Assembly: GCA_030668825.1 (NCBI GenBank)
Contig: DAOVET010000012.1
Span: 1 to 44,648, forward strand
DNA length: 44,648 bases
Direction: 5' to 3'
Origin: Candidatus Heimdallarchaeota archaeon
GTDB lineage: Archaea; Asgardarchaeota; Heimdallarchaeia; Heimdallarchaeales; Heimdallarchaeaceae
Shown here: positions 9,961 to 19,027 of the stretch, in pieces
Numbering within the stretch: the first letter of the stretch is position 1
How the letters are laid out: each line of letters starts with the position of its first letter
Made by a program: the position numbers and the translations under genes
The notes under the pieces: generated by a model
What the model was told of the DNA's origin: nothing
What the model saw: the letters and a program-made list of their open reading frames with translations, nothing else
Database searches by the model: none

Positions 9961-11640
9961 ATGGTAATGAAAACATTAGAAAGGATAAAAAGAGCGCTTC
10001 CAGAAGTTGAACATATCGTCATGTTCTATAATGATGGTACTGTCTATCAAACAACTTTTGAACAATTTGAGGAGTCAGTAAACATCCCCAAAGTTGGTGA
10101 AGAGTTTGCTAAAATTCTTTTAACTTTAAAAAGTCTGTATGATTTATCGAATTATAAATTCAGTGGATATAATCAACTTCTCTTCGACACTGAAGATATT
10201 GATGTGTTAATAATTAAAATTGGAGAGAATACAAATTTAGCTTTATTCTTCAGAAAATCTTTAGAAAAAGGAGAATTGCAAATAGATTCGATTAAAAAAT
10301 ACATCACTAAAATTGGGAAACTGATAGATATAGGGAGAATCGAATTAATTGAAAGTGAAATCCGTTTCAGTGAAAGAGAACTTAAGAAACTCATTGATGA
10401 TATGGGAGAAAAATTACTGAAGCAGAGTGAGCTTAACATCTTAATTGGAGCTTCCTCTGATGACATCATAGAAATAGAAAAAATCGAAAATGAAATTGAA
10501 GAACTGACTGTTGCGATAATGAAATCAGAAACGGACAGAGATTCAAAAATAGAAGAAATATCTAAAATCGAAGAGAAGATAAGCTCTGAAGAAGTGATGC
10601 TAGATTTAGTTAAGAAGGAGCTCAGACTTAAGCGAGAAAATGTTAAAGCACTGGATAAAAGGCTTAATGACAAAATCGAGAAGAAAGAACTTCTAGAGAA
10701 AGAAGAGGAGGAGCAGAGGGATGAAGAAAAATTAACTGAGATTTCTAAGGAAATTGAAGATCTAGAAGAACAAAAAGAAATAGCACAGCTTGAAGTAGCT
10801 GAAAAGCTAGAAGAACTCAAGAATCTCAAAACTAAATATCAAGAAGATAATATTAGAAAAAATGAAATTGTAGAAGAAAAAGAGAAGAAAGAGCTTACAA
10901 TACAAGAGCTGTACAAAGACTTAGAAGCTAAAATGGAAAAGGAAAAGGAACTAAAATCAACTGTTGATACAAAGAAAGATGTTGATAAATTAGCAGAAAT
11001 CAGCCAAGAAATAGATAATCTGAAGGACCAAATCGATCAGCTGAAAGTAAACTCTGAAGAGAAAAACAAGGAAATGGATGATCTCAAATCTCAAATTGAT
11101 AAGATTAATGAACAAATTGAAAAAATAGAAAAAGATAAGCTAGAGATTAAAGAAGAAATTGCTGAACTCGAAGGACAAGTAGAAGAAAATAAGCAAAAGA
11201 TGAGTGAACTAAAAGTACAACTCGTTTCAGAAGATGATGAGAAGAAGGGAAAGAAGATTGAAAAAGAGATAGAAAAACTCGAGAAGGATATTGATTATTG
11301 TCATATCTGCATGAATGAAGATCTTGAAAAGCTAGAAAAGAACAAACAGGAATTAACAGAGCTTCTTGAAGATATGGAAAATGAAAAACGATCTCTGATT
11401 AGATCTCAAAAGGAATCTGAACTCAAGAATAAACAGCTAGAAGTCCTTTACAAAGAACTAGATGCTGAACTGGACATACAAAAATCATTCACTTCAAGCA
11501 TTGATCATGAAGAAGAATACAAGAAAGCAAGCAAAATCAATAAAGAGATAGAGGACTTGGACAGAGAAATTAAATCCATTAAAGAAGGTATTAGTGAAAG
11601 AACAAAAGAGCTTGAAGAACTAAAAGAGAGGATTGAATAA
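9961..11640 (+). CDS. Roadblock/profilin-like N-terminal domain fused to a long coiled coil
   Basis: The first ~120 aa show an alpha-beta-beta-alpha-beta-beta-beta-alpha pattern (HIVMFYNDGTV...QLLFDTEDIDVLIIKIGENTNLALFF). About 430 aa of E/K-rich heptads follow, containing CHIC. Confidence 0.75.
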   Translation: MVMKTLERIKRALPEVEHIVMFYNDGTVYQTTFEQFEESVNIPKVGEEFAKILLTLKSLYDLSNYKFSGYNQLLFDTEDIDVLIIKIGENTNLALFFRKSLEKGELQIDSIKKYITKIGKLIDIGRIELIESEIRFSERELKKLIDDMGEKLLKQSELNILIGASSDDIIEIEKIENEIEELTVAIMKSETDRDSKIEEISKIEEKISSEEVMLDLVKKELRLKRENVKALDKRLNDKIEKKELLEKEEEEQRDEEKLTEISKEIEDLEEQKEIAQLEVAEKLEELKNLKTKYQEDNIRKNEIVEEKEKKELTIQELYKDLEAKMEKEKELKSTVDTKKDVDKLAEISQEIDNLKDQIDQLKVNSEEKNKEMDDLKSQIDKINEQIEKIEKDKLEIKEEIAELEGQVEENKQKMSELKVQLVSEDDEKKGKKIEKEIEKLEKDIDYCHICMNEDLEKLEKNKQELTELLEDMENEKRSLIRSQKESELKNKQLEVLYKELDAELDIQKSFTSSIDHEEEYKKASKINKEIEDLDREIKSIKEGISERTKELEELKERIE

Positions 11641-11655
11641 TCCTAATACAATCCT

Positions 11656-11720
11656 ATTTTTTATACTTTTTATCCAAACTTAATTTTTTGTAATCTTTCT
11701 TTTTCAAGGATTTTCTTTCT
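11656..11720 (+). terminator. Oligo-T tract, probable archaeal intrinsic terminator
   Basis: Multiple T5-T7 runs directly after the stop at 11640. Confidence 0.45.
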
Positions 11721-11779
11721 CCTCATTATTTAGCTCAATTACGTAAAGTTATTAAGCACATATTGATTTCTTCACTCAT

Positions 11780-12526
11780 ATGGTCACCATAATCTGTGGA
11801 AATAAGAAGTTTGACGGTGTAGAAATCATCTGCTTTGATAAAGATGGTACAATACTTACTCTCAACATGTATAAACCTGTTATGAAGAAAAGAGCTGAAT
11901 TGCTTTTAGAGAAATATGGATTGAAACAAGAGAACTATAAAGAGCTACTTGCTCTAATGGGACTTAATCCTGAGACTCATGAAATAGATTATAAAGGACC
12001 TATACTCATTGAGCGTGTTGAAATTATCCGCAGAACTAGAGAATATCTCCGAACATTTTCCATTAATTCCTCTATAGAAGATATTGCTGAACTTTTTGAT
12101 GAGGTTGATCATTTAATCGATTTTACAGAATATGTTGAAGCTTTTGAAGGAGCTAGTACCCTTTTGGATTCATTAAGGAGTAAAAATATTAAGCTGATGG
12201 TATCCACTCATGATAGTTCAGAACCAGCAGCTCAACAATTAGCTAGTGCAGGTCTTTTTGATTACTTTGACCTTGTTCTTGGGTTAGATATTGATTCTCC
12301 TTATCAAGCTAAACCAGCTCCCGACATGCTCCAATATGGTTGTAAAATTCTTGATGTAGATATTAGCAAATCCATTGTTGTTGGAGATGACGAACGTGAT
12401 TTACTTATGGGAAGGAACGCAGGAGCTTTAGCTTGCATTGGCGTTCTTTCAGGTAAAGATGAAGCCAAAGATTTCGAACATGCAGATGTCATAGTAGATT
12501 CTATTGCTGATATAAAAATTAAGTAA
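11780..12526 (+). CDS. HAD-superfamily hydrolase (phosphoglycolate phosphatase-like)
   Basis: FDKDGT motif I, VSTH motif II, KPAP motif III, VGDDERD motif IV. Confidence 0.9.
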   Translation: MVTIICGNKKFDGVEIICFDKDGTILTLNMYKPVMKKRAELLLEKYGLKQENYKELLALMGLNPETHEIDYKGPILIERVEIIRRTREYLRTFSINSSIEDIAELFDEVDHLIDFTEYVEAFEGASTLLDSLRSKNIKLMVSTHDSSEPAAQQLASAGLFDYFDLVLGLDIDSPYQAKPAPDMLQYGCKILDVDISKSIVVGDDERDLLMGRNAGALACIGVLSGKDEAKDFEHADVIVDSIADIKIK

Positions 12527-12612
12527 GTCCTTCTAATTTATTCTGTGATATTTTTCTTTGATTTAAAATATAATTCATACAGTAAATAAAAAAGTGATAA
12601 AAATGGTAGATA

Positions 12613-14373
12613 TTAGTTATCTTCTATTTCAACACCTAAGTAATCTTCAATAATTCCTCTTAATTTATCTGGAGTAACTCTTAAATCATCAATTATTCTA
12701 CCATCTTGAAGTCGAATCAGCCTAAAACCTGGACGAATTAGAGACAAATCATGTGTAGACATTAGTATGGTAGTTCCATATTTAACAGCTGTTTCCATAA
12801 GTAATGAAATGATATTTCGCGCTAGTCTTGAGTCAAGATTTGCACTTGGTTCATCAGCAAAAATTATAGGGGCTCTTCTTGCTAAAGCAACTGATAAAGC
12901 AGCCCTTTGTCTTTCTCCTGCCGATAACTCTGCTGCATAAGAAGTAATCTTATGATCAATCTCAACATCTCTAGCAATGTCCATTATGCCCTCGTTAAGA
13001 TCATCAGTTCTATCATTGAAGAGTCTAGGAATAAACATATTTTCATTAACTGTATATTGATCAAATAGATTGTTGACCTGACTAATCATTGCAATTTCAT
13101 GAAATCTGAAATCAGCTACATCTTTTAGATTACCCTTTACAATATCAAAACCTTTAATCAAAATGTTACCATCATCTGGATCTTCGACACCAGAAACAAC
13201 ATTCATTAAGGTGGTTTTGCCAGCACCTGATTTCCCAGAGATAACAACGAAATCTCCTTTGTTAACAGTGAATGATAAATCTTTCAAAACATCATTCTTC
13301 ATTCTTCCAGCAGGGAAGGATTTGCTAAGATTTTCTACTCTGATAATCTCCTCTGACTTCTTGGGATAGTCAAATTGTTGTTCTAGAATTGGTTTAACTT
13401 CACTGAAAGAAACACGGGAACGCTTATTATTCGCATTAATAAGTTCATTAACTTGGTCTTCATCTGTTTTCTTCATTATTTCATAAATTTCATTAGCATT
13501 AACTTCATTAGGATTATAAATGACGGAAAATTTCTTTGATGGATGAATGTCAAATTCTACTATATGTTTGTAGTTCCCGCTGACATATACTTCATCTGGA
13601 ACACGAACAAACTGTGAACTATCAATTATTGACTGAAGGGATGATTCCTGAGGGCGTATTATGAACTCCAGTTCACTTCTATCCAAATCAGTGTTCACTC
13701 CTACAAGACGTCCGTCTCGTATAATATAGCTTTTCTTGAAAGCATTTCTGAATCTAAGATCGTGAGTCACGACCAAAATAGTAGTCCCAAAATTCTCATT
13801 TAAATCTCTGAATGTTTCTACGATATCATTTGTGTTAGCTGTGTCCAATTGTCCAGTTGGCTCGTCTGCTAGCAAAATTCTTGGTTTTTGAGCTATTGCA
13901 ACACCTATGCTAGCTCTAACTGCTTCACCTCCAGAAACTTTTGTTACTGGATTCATTCTTATTTTTTCCAGATTTAGTATTTTTATTAGTTCATTTGTTT
14001 CTTTCTTTGCTTTCTCTCTTGCTACATATCTCATTTTCATTGGTAGCAAGATATTTTTCTCTAGTGTCAATGATGAAAGCAGATTTTGTCCTATGAACTG
14101 GTTTACTATCCCCATTCTTCCGTACCTAAACTCTCTCATCTGTTTTTCTCCCAGTTCGGCTATATTGATTTCATCTACATATATTGTACCTCCACTGGGT
14201 TTTTCTAGTCCTGAAAGAATCTTAATCAGTGTACTTTTTCCCGAACCTGAAGGACCGATGATACTAGCCACTTCTCCTTCCTTCACATAGAGGTCTAGCC
14301 CTCTTAATGCAGAAACCTTCACTTCTGTCAAGGGATCGTGGTACACTTTAATTAGGTCTTTTGTTATTATCAT
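12613..14373 (-). CDS. ABC transporter ATP-binding protein, two fused LolD/MacB-type NBDs
   Basis: NBD1: GPSGSGKS, VSGGE, LLADEPTG, THD. NBD2: GKSGAGKT, LSAGE, IFADEPS, THD. Confidence 0.92.
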   Translation of the reverse strand: MIITKDLIKVYHDPLTEVKVSALRGLDLYVKEGEVASIIGPSGSGKSTLIKILSGLEKPSGGTIYVDEINIAELGEKQMREFRYGRMGIVNQFIGQNLLSSLTLEKNILLPMKMRYVAREKAKKETNELIKILNLEKIRMNPVTKVSGGEAVRASIGVAIAQKPRILLADEPTGQLDTANTNDIVETFRDLNENFGTTILVVTHDLRFRNAFKKSYIIRDGRLVGVNTDLDRSELEFIIRPQESSLQSIIDSSQFVRVPDEVYVSGNYKHIVEFDIHPSKKFSVIYNPNEVNANEIYEIMKKTDEDQVNELINANNKRSRVSFSEVKPILEQQFDYPKKSEEIIRVENLSKSFPAGRMKNDVLKDLSFTVNKGDFVVISGKSGAGKTTLMNVVSGVEDPDDGNILIKGFDIVKGNLKDVADFRFHEIAMISQVNNLFDQYTVNENMFIPRLFNDRTDDLNEGIMDIARDVEIDHKITSYAAELSAGERQRAALSVALARRAPIIFADEPSANLDSRLARNIISLLMETAVKYGTTILMSTHDLSLIRPGFRLIRLQDGRIIDDLRVTPDKLRGIIEDYLGVEIEDN

Positions 14374-14380
14374 CTTTTCT

Positions 14381-17300
14381 TCACTCCATCATTGTTGGTG
14401 CATATCTTGCAAATTCCCTTTTTAGGAAGTATGTCAAGCTTAAGTATATCAGTGTGGGTATTCCTAGAAATATTGCTATTAACATCATTACTGGATAATT
14501 CACATATAATGAGAACTGTTCGGTTCCATAGTTCAGCTGTTTCAGTGTTGGATATATCACTGCTATTCCCCCTGTTGCTCCCAGAACTAGTGCTGGTATT
14601 ATTGCTGCTACCGTCGTGTGTATTGCTGACAAGTTTATTATTTTCGTTGAGTTTATCCCCATTTTCTTCATTATGTCATGTTTTATTACACGTTTCTCTA
14701 GTATCTTTATCGCCGTTGTAAATGTTGAGAACATTAGTACTATTAAAGCAACAAATAGTGACAGGATCATTTCTATGATAAATATATTATACAATGGTGT
14801 TTTTAGACTATCTTTCACATCTTCAAGCGTTTTCACTTTCATATCTTGTTCTTTTTCGAACAGCTTGTCTACTACTGTTTGCGCATCTCTGCGGTTGTGT
14901 GTTTTTATGTACATCTCATCTTTTGTTTTTAATCTTCTCACCAGGATATCTTCTAATACTTCATAAGCTTCTACTGATATTATCATCATATATTCATCTT
15001 CTTCGTAGTCTCCTTCAAAATAATACATTGGAAACAGATCAAAACTTCCTGTGATTGTTAGAGAGTGCCTCAACCAGGGCAGATCAGGATTAGCAAATTC
15101 ATATTTATCTCCTATATCTTTATAGAAGTCTTCTAAAATTGCCTCTGATATAATTGTCGTGTTTGCATCAAGTTGTCTTATTTTATTCCATTGAATGTTT
15201 GATACTTGATTAGCAGGTTTCTCTACCGTTTCTATAAACGACGTCGTATTTACAACCACTAGTCTCGTATGTTCAAACATTCCAGTATATAATGTATGTA
15301 CCTCCACGTGTGTATACTCTTCAACTTGTGCTATTTCATTTATATCTTCCAAACTTATTTCATCTATACTAGCCCAATTTTCTATTCTCACATCTGTTCC
15401 ATTAATAAAATAGGCTTGTTCTACTAGAGTTGTTTCTTTTGAATAAGGTACAACAAGTACGGGGATTAGTATTAGAACTACTAATAAGAAAATTAATGTG
15501 ATATTTTCAAAATACTTTATATCTTTGCCGATTTCAGCAATTGAGAAGTTGAACCTACTTTTCTTAGCTTTCCAAACTACAACACTCACAGCTCTTAATA
15601 TAAGTCCTAAGAATTTGATTATAAGTGGTAAAGACCCCAAGAGCGTAAATATCGCTCCTGCAATTGTAAGGAAGAGATTGAGGGTAAAGTCACTAATTGC
15701 TGCATTATAATACGAAATGAAAGATTGGTTGTAAAAGTAAATAAGTAACCCTACTCCCAGAGTTAAAAAGAACACATCTCTCCAGGTAATTAATTTGTAT
15801 TTTACTATTGCAATAAAGAAAGCAATTATTGCAGAAGCAGCTACTGCTTCTGGAGCAGTAAAATCGGCTCCTGATTTTATACCTTTTTTAGCAGCCTCGC
15901 TTTGAGCTTTTACTATTGTTTTTACAGGTATTCTTTTAGCTGAAGGTTTGTCTATTTTCCTGATAGAACTTCTTCTCAAAACTGGTGCTTTTTCAATTCT
16001 TTTCTTTCGTCTAACTAGAATAATAATCCTTGGGATGGAAATTATGAATAAGACCCCTGCCACCAATCCAAGTATTGGTGGAACATTACCTATTACTAAA
16101 TGTGTATCAGTATTTGTAAAACTGATAAATCCATTAATTCTAATTAGAGGAATTGCCGTTCCTAATGCTATTGCAAAACTTAATAGACTTGCCACAAAAA
16201 TTTCAACTATTCTTATAGTGAGATAAATCGTGAAAAGTCTCCGAGTACTTATTCCCCTACTTCTTAAAATATTCATTTCTTGTTCATAACTCGTTGAGAA
16301 AAGTTCTGAAGATTCAAATACCATGAAAATTGATAATAGTATAGCAGGTATTGCAAATATCAATAATCGAGCCATGTTATTCAAATAGTAAGTATTAAAA
16401 CTTTGGAAGAATTCCGATATTTCATCATTTATACGGACTATTGCAGAATTATCGTAAGTTAATGAATAAACTCTTCCTAATAGTGTTTCTTGTTCAGTTA
16501 CAATGTTATTCCTTTCTGCAACATTAAACTCATCAAAATTCATCTCTAATTGGAAATATCCCCTTACAAAGAGATTCATCTTTCCACCTTTGGATAATAT
16601 ATCAAAGTATATACTTTGTTTAGTGATAATATAAGCACTTTCTGAAGCAAGAACATAAACATCATAGGGTACTCCCAGATGAGCAGCTGTTCGTCTTACT
16701 TGAGCAAAATTTGCTTGTGAAAAGATTCCTACAACAGTCATATTTAGTAGGTAATTCTCCTCATCAACAGGATCATCAGTTGAAGCAATTAAGCTTAAGG
16801 TGTCATTGACACCTATTTCTATTCTGCTTGCGAGTTGTTCTGCAATTACTACCTCTGTATCATTTATTGGTGTTCTCCCTTCTACTAGCATTGTATTGAC
16901 AAACTCATCACAAGTATCAGGTAGAGAAACAAACTGGTAGGGTAAATAAGTAAGATATCCAGGAGCATAAACCTTCGTATTTGTCCAGTAGCTTGATTGA
17001 ATACCTGAGATATATTTTTCAATTTCTAGACCATCATATAGATTTAGTATTTCTTGTTCAGCATTAGTTCCATAAAATGCCGATACATCTGATGTACCAT
17101 TTATATTCGACTGTAGAGATGTTTGCAGACTAGCTGAAGGAGTTTTATCAGAGAAAAGTGGATATGATCGATCATATGCCTTAATCATGGCAGATTCTTC
17201 TGATTGAGCAATAATAACAGCTGAACTCAACAAGTATCCTGTAATAATGAATCCTGCCAAAGTTAGAATCGATCTTTTCTTATTTGAAAACCAAATAGTA

Positions 17301-18745
17301 GTTACTGTACTGAAAGCATTAGAAATTAGTCTCCAAATATTCATCAAAATTAGTACAATTTTAGAATGATGTCCAACCTGATCATCCGTTAGAAAAGATC
17401 CAATCTCAGCTCCTCTTCTTCTGATAAATAGCCAAATAATAACACCTAACAACCCAACTCCAACAATAGCTATCAAAAAGAAATACCACTGTTTTGTGAA
17501 AAATTCTTTTATGGGATTGTAAGTAGCTAATCCTTCAACATAGGTTGTGTAATCCAAAGTCAGAGATGTGAGAATCAGTAATCCTAAAGCTTCTTCTTCT
17601 CTATATCTTAATGAAATTCCAGGTTTATAATCTGCTGTAGAAACTGTTGAATTGTAAAGTATTACATAGTCTGTTGATGTTAAATAAGCAGAGAAAAAGC
17701 CTTCAGTAATATGGTACAGTGAATTTATTGGAGAGAATGACCAATGACCACTCACATATCTGTAAAAGTATAAATTTACATACTCATTGTCAACTAACTC
17801 AGCAATAATTACTGATCTTGTTAAACCATCATCGAAATAGTAGGAACCTACAGGATTTTCATAAAATGAGGTAATTGTGTTTTCGGTTATATGCGTACTA
17901 TTTATCATTCCCCAGAACAGAACATATGGATTCGTAAAGACATAAGAAAGACCATTAGAGTTTTCTTTTATATTTATCTTATCAACTGGATAGATCACTT
18001 CACTAAATGTTCTTGTTTGTTGAGGATACATCGTATTATTATCTAATATGGCCGTACCTATCCCAAATGTTGGTTGATCAAGTCTATGAACATACCAAAT
18101 TCGCCCTGTTTCATCTAAGGTTATATCCATAACATTCTTTGCGCCTGATACAGGAGCGTCTATCATAAAGACTTCATAATTGTAAGTGAAGAAACCACGA
18201 TAGTAATGAATGTCCATAGATACCATATCTTCATGATCCCACATATTATGAAAAGCATGAAGGATCCCATCTACAAACTGGAATTTAAAGAAAGAGACAT
18301 ACCGTCCACTAATATCCTCCCCAGATATCCAGAAAATTTCATTCATTTGTTGATGGGGTTCTGACCATCTATAATGATAGAAATATCTAGCACCCAGTTC
18401 AGTATCAACAGAATACACTACGCCTATACTGATGTCAGATGAATAAGAATATTGTATTGTAACACCAATGGCATATTCCTCAATAGTTTCAAAGTGAGTC
18501 TCACCATCTAGGTAATACAAATGAAGTAAACTATTTCCTTGAGAATTTATTACATGAAGGAATGTGTGTAAATTCCCATCTCGATCTATCAGAGGAACAG
18601 ATTCAAGTATTCCTCCATTATTTACTATATCCGTTAGATAGAGCAAATCTTCATTTTCTGCAGCTTGAGCTGAAGAAATTAAGTTTGGCAATAGCATCAA
18701 TACCAGAAGTACAAATACAAGTTCTTTTTTCTTCTTTGGCATCAT
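14381..18745 (-). CDS. Large FtsX/MacB-like ABC permease with extra N-terminal extracellular domain
   Basis: Likely start MMPKKKK at 18745 with a signal peptide. Two FtsX-type modules: ILRSRGIS and IMKKMGIN. Adjacent to the LolD-type ATPase. Confidence 0.85.
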   Translation of the reverse strand: MMPKKKKELVFVLLVLMLLPNLISSAQAAENEDLLYLTDIVNNGGILESVPLIDRDGNLHTFLHVINSQGNSLLHLYYLDGETHFETIEEYAIGVTIQYSYSSDISIGVVYSVDTELGARYFYHYRWSEPHQQMNEIFWISGEDISGRYVSFFKFQFVDGILHAFHNMWDHEDMVSMDIHYYRGFFTYNYEVFMIDAPVSGAKNVMDITLDETGRIWYVHRLDQPTFGIGTAILDNNTMYPQQTRTFSEVIYPVDKINIKENSNGLSYVFTNPYVLFWGMINSTHITENTITSFYENPVGSYYFDDGLTRSVIIAELVDNEYVNLYFYRYVSGHWSFSPINSLYHITEGFFSAYLTSTDYVILYNSTVSTADYKPGISLRYREEEALGLLILTSLTLDYTTYVEGLATYNPIKEFFTKQWYFFLIAIVGVGLLGVIIWLFIRRRGAEIGSFLTDDQVGHHSKIVLILMNIWRLISNAFSTVTTIWFSNKKRSILTLAGFIITGYLLSSAVIIAQSEESAMIKAYDRSYPLFSDKTPSASLQTSLQSNINGTSDVSAFYGTNAEQEILNLYDGLEIEKYISGIQSSYWTNTKVYAPGYLTYLPYQFVSLPDTCDEFVNTMLVEGRTPINDTEVVIAEQLASRIEIGVNDTLSLIASTDDPVDEENYLLNMTVVGIFSQANFAQVRRTAAHLGVPYDVYVLASESAYIITKQSIYFDILSKGGKMNLFVRGYFQLEMNFDEFNVAERNNIVTEQETLLGRVYSLTYDNSAIVRINDEISEFFQSFNTYYLNNMARLLIFAIPAILLSIFMVFESSELFSTSYEQEMNILRSRGISTRRLFTIYLTIRIVEIFVASLLSFAIALGTAIPLIRINGFISFTNTDTHLVIGNVPPILGLVAGVLFIISIPRIIILVRRKKRIEKAPVLRRSSIRKIDKPSAKRIPVKTIVKAQSEAAKKGIKSGADFTAPEAVAASAIIAFFIAIVKYKLITWRDVFFLTLGVGLLIYFYNQSFISYYNAAISDFTLNLFLTIAGAIFTLLGSLPLIIKFLGLILRAVSVVVWKAKKSRFNFSIAEIGKDIKYFENITLIFLLVVLILIPVLVVPYSKETTLVEQAYFINGTDVRIENWASIDEISLEDINEIAQVEEYTHVEVHTLYTGMFEHTRLVVVNTTSFIETVEKPANQVSNIQWNKIRQLDANTTIISEAILEDFYKDIGDKYEFANPDLPWLRHSLTITGSFDLFPMYYFEGDYEEDEYMMIISVEAYEVLEDILVRRLKTKDEMYIKTHNRRDAQTVVDKLFEKEQDMKVKTLEDVKDSLKTPLYNIFIIEMILSLFVALIVLMFSTFTTAIKILEKRVIKHDIMKKMGINSTKIINLSAIHTTVAAIIPALVLGATGGIAVIYPTLKQLNYGTEQFSLYVNYPVMMLIAIFLGIPTLIYLSLTYFLKREFARYAPTMME

Positions 18746-19027
18746 CTTGAAGAACCTTAATGGGTTTATAATTTTTTTGAAACGTGCTTCAAGAATCTTT
18801 ACTCTATTTTTATAGAGTAAGCTCTTTGTATCACAATATAATATCTCCAAATGGTAAGCACTTAAAAAACTTACGGGGATAAGATTGAGCTCTAATGGAT
18901 TTTGTTATGTGGCTTGGTTTGATCATTGCTAAGAAAGATGAACTCTATGAAGAAATCTCCAAATGCTATGAATAATCAGAGAAAAGGAAGACCAAAAAGA
19001 TATATTAAACAGATGTTATTTTAATTT

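Noticed and set aside
10173-10829. 218-aa Ser-rich minus-strand ORF
   Set aside because: Antisense shadow of the E/K-rich coiled-coil gene.
9961-11640. SMC or Rad50 assignment
   Set aside because: No Walker A/B or signature motifs and no hinge domain.
13163-18750. Several plus-strand ORFs of 60-130 aa
   Set aside because: All are antisense to the ABC ATPase or permease and show no motifs.
18895-18975. 26-aa ORF MDFVMWLGLIIAKKDELYEEISKCYE
   Set aside because: Too short to support, with no recognisable motif; may be chance or a gene remnant.
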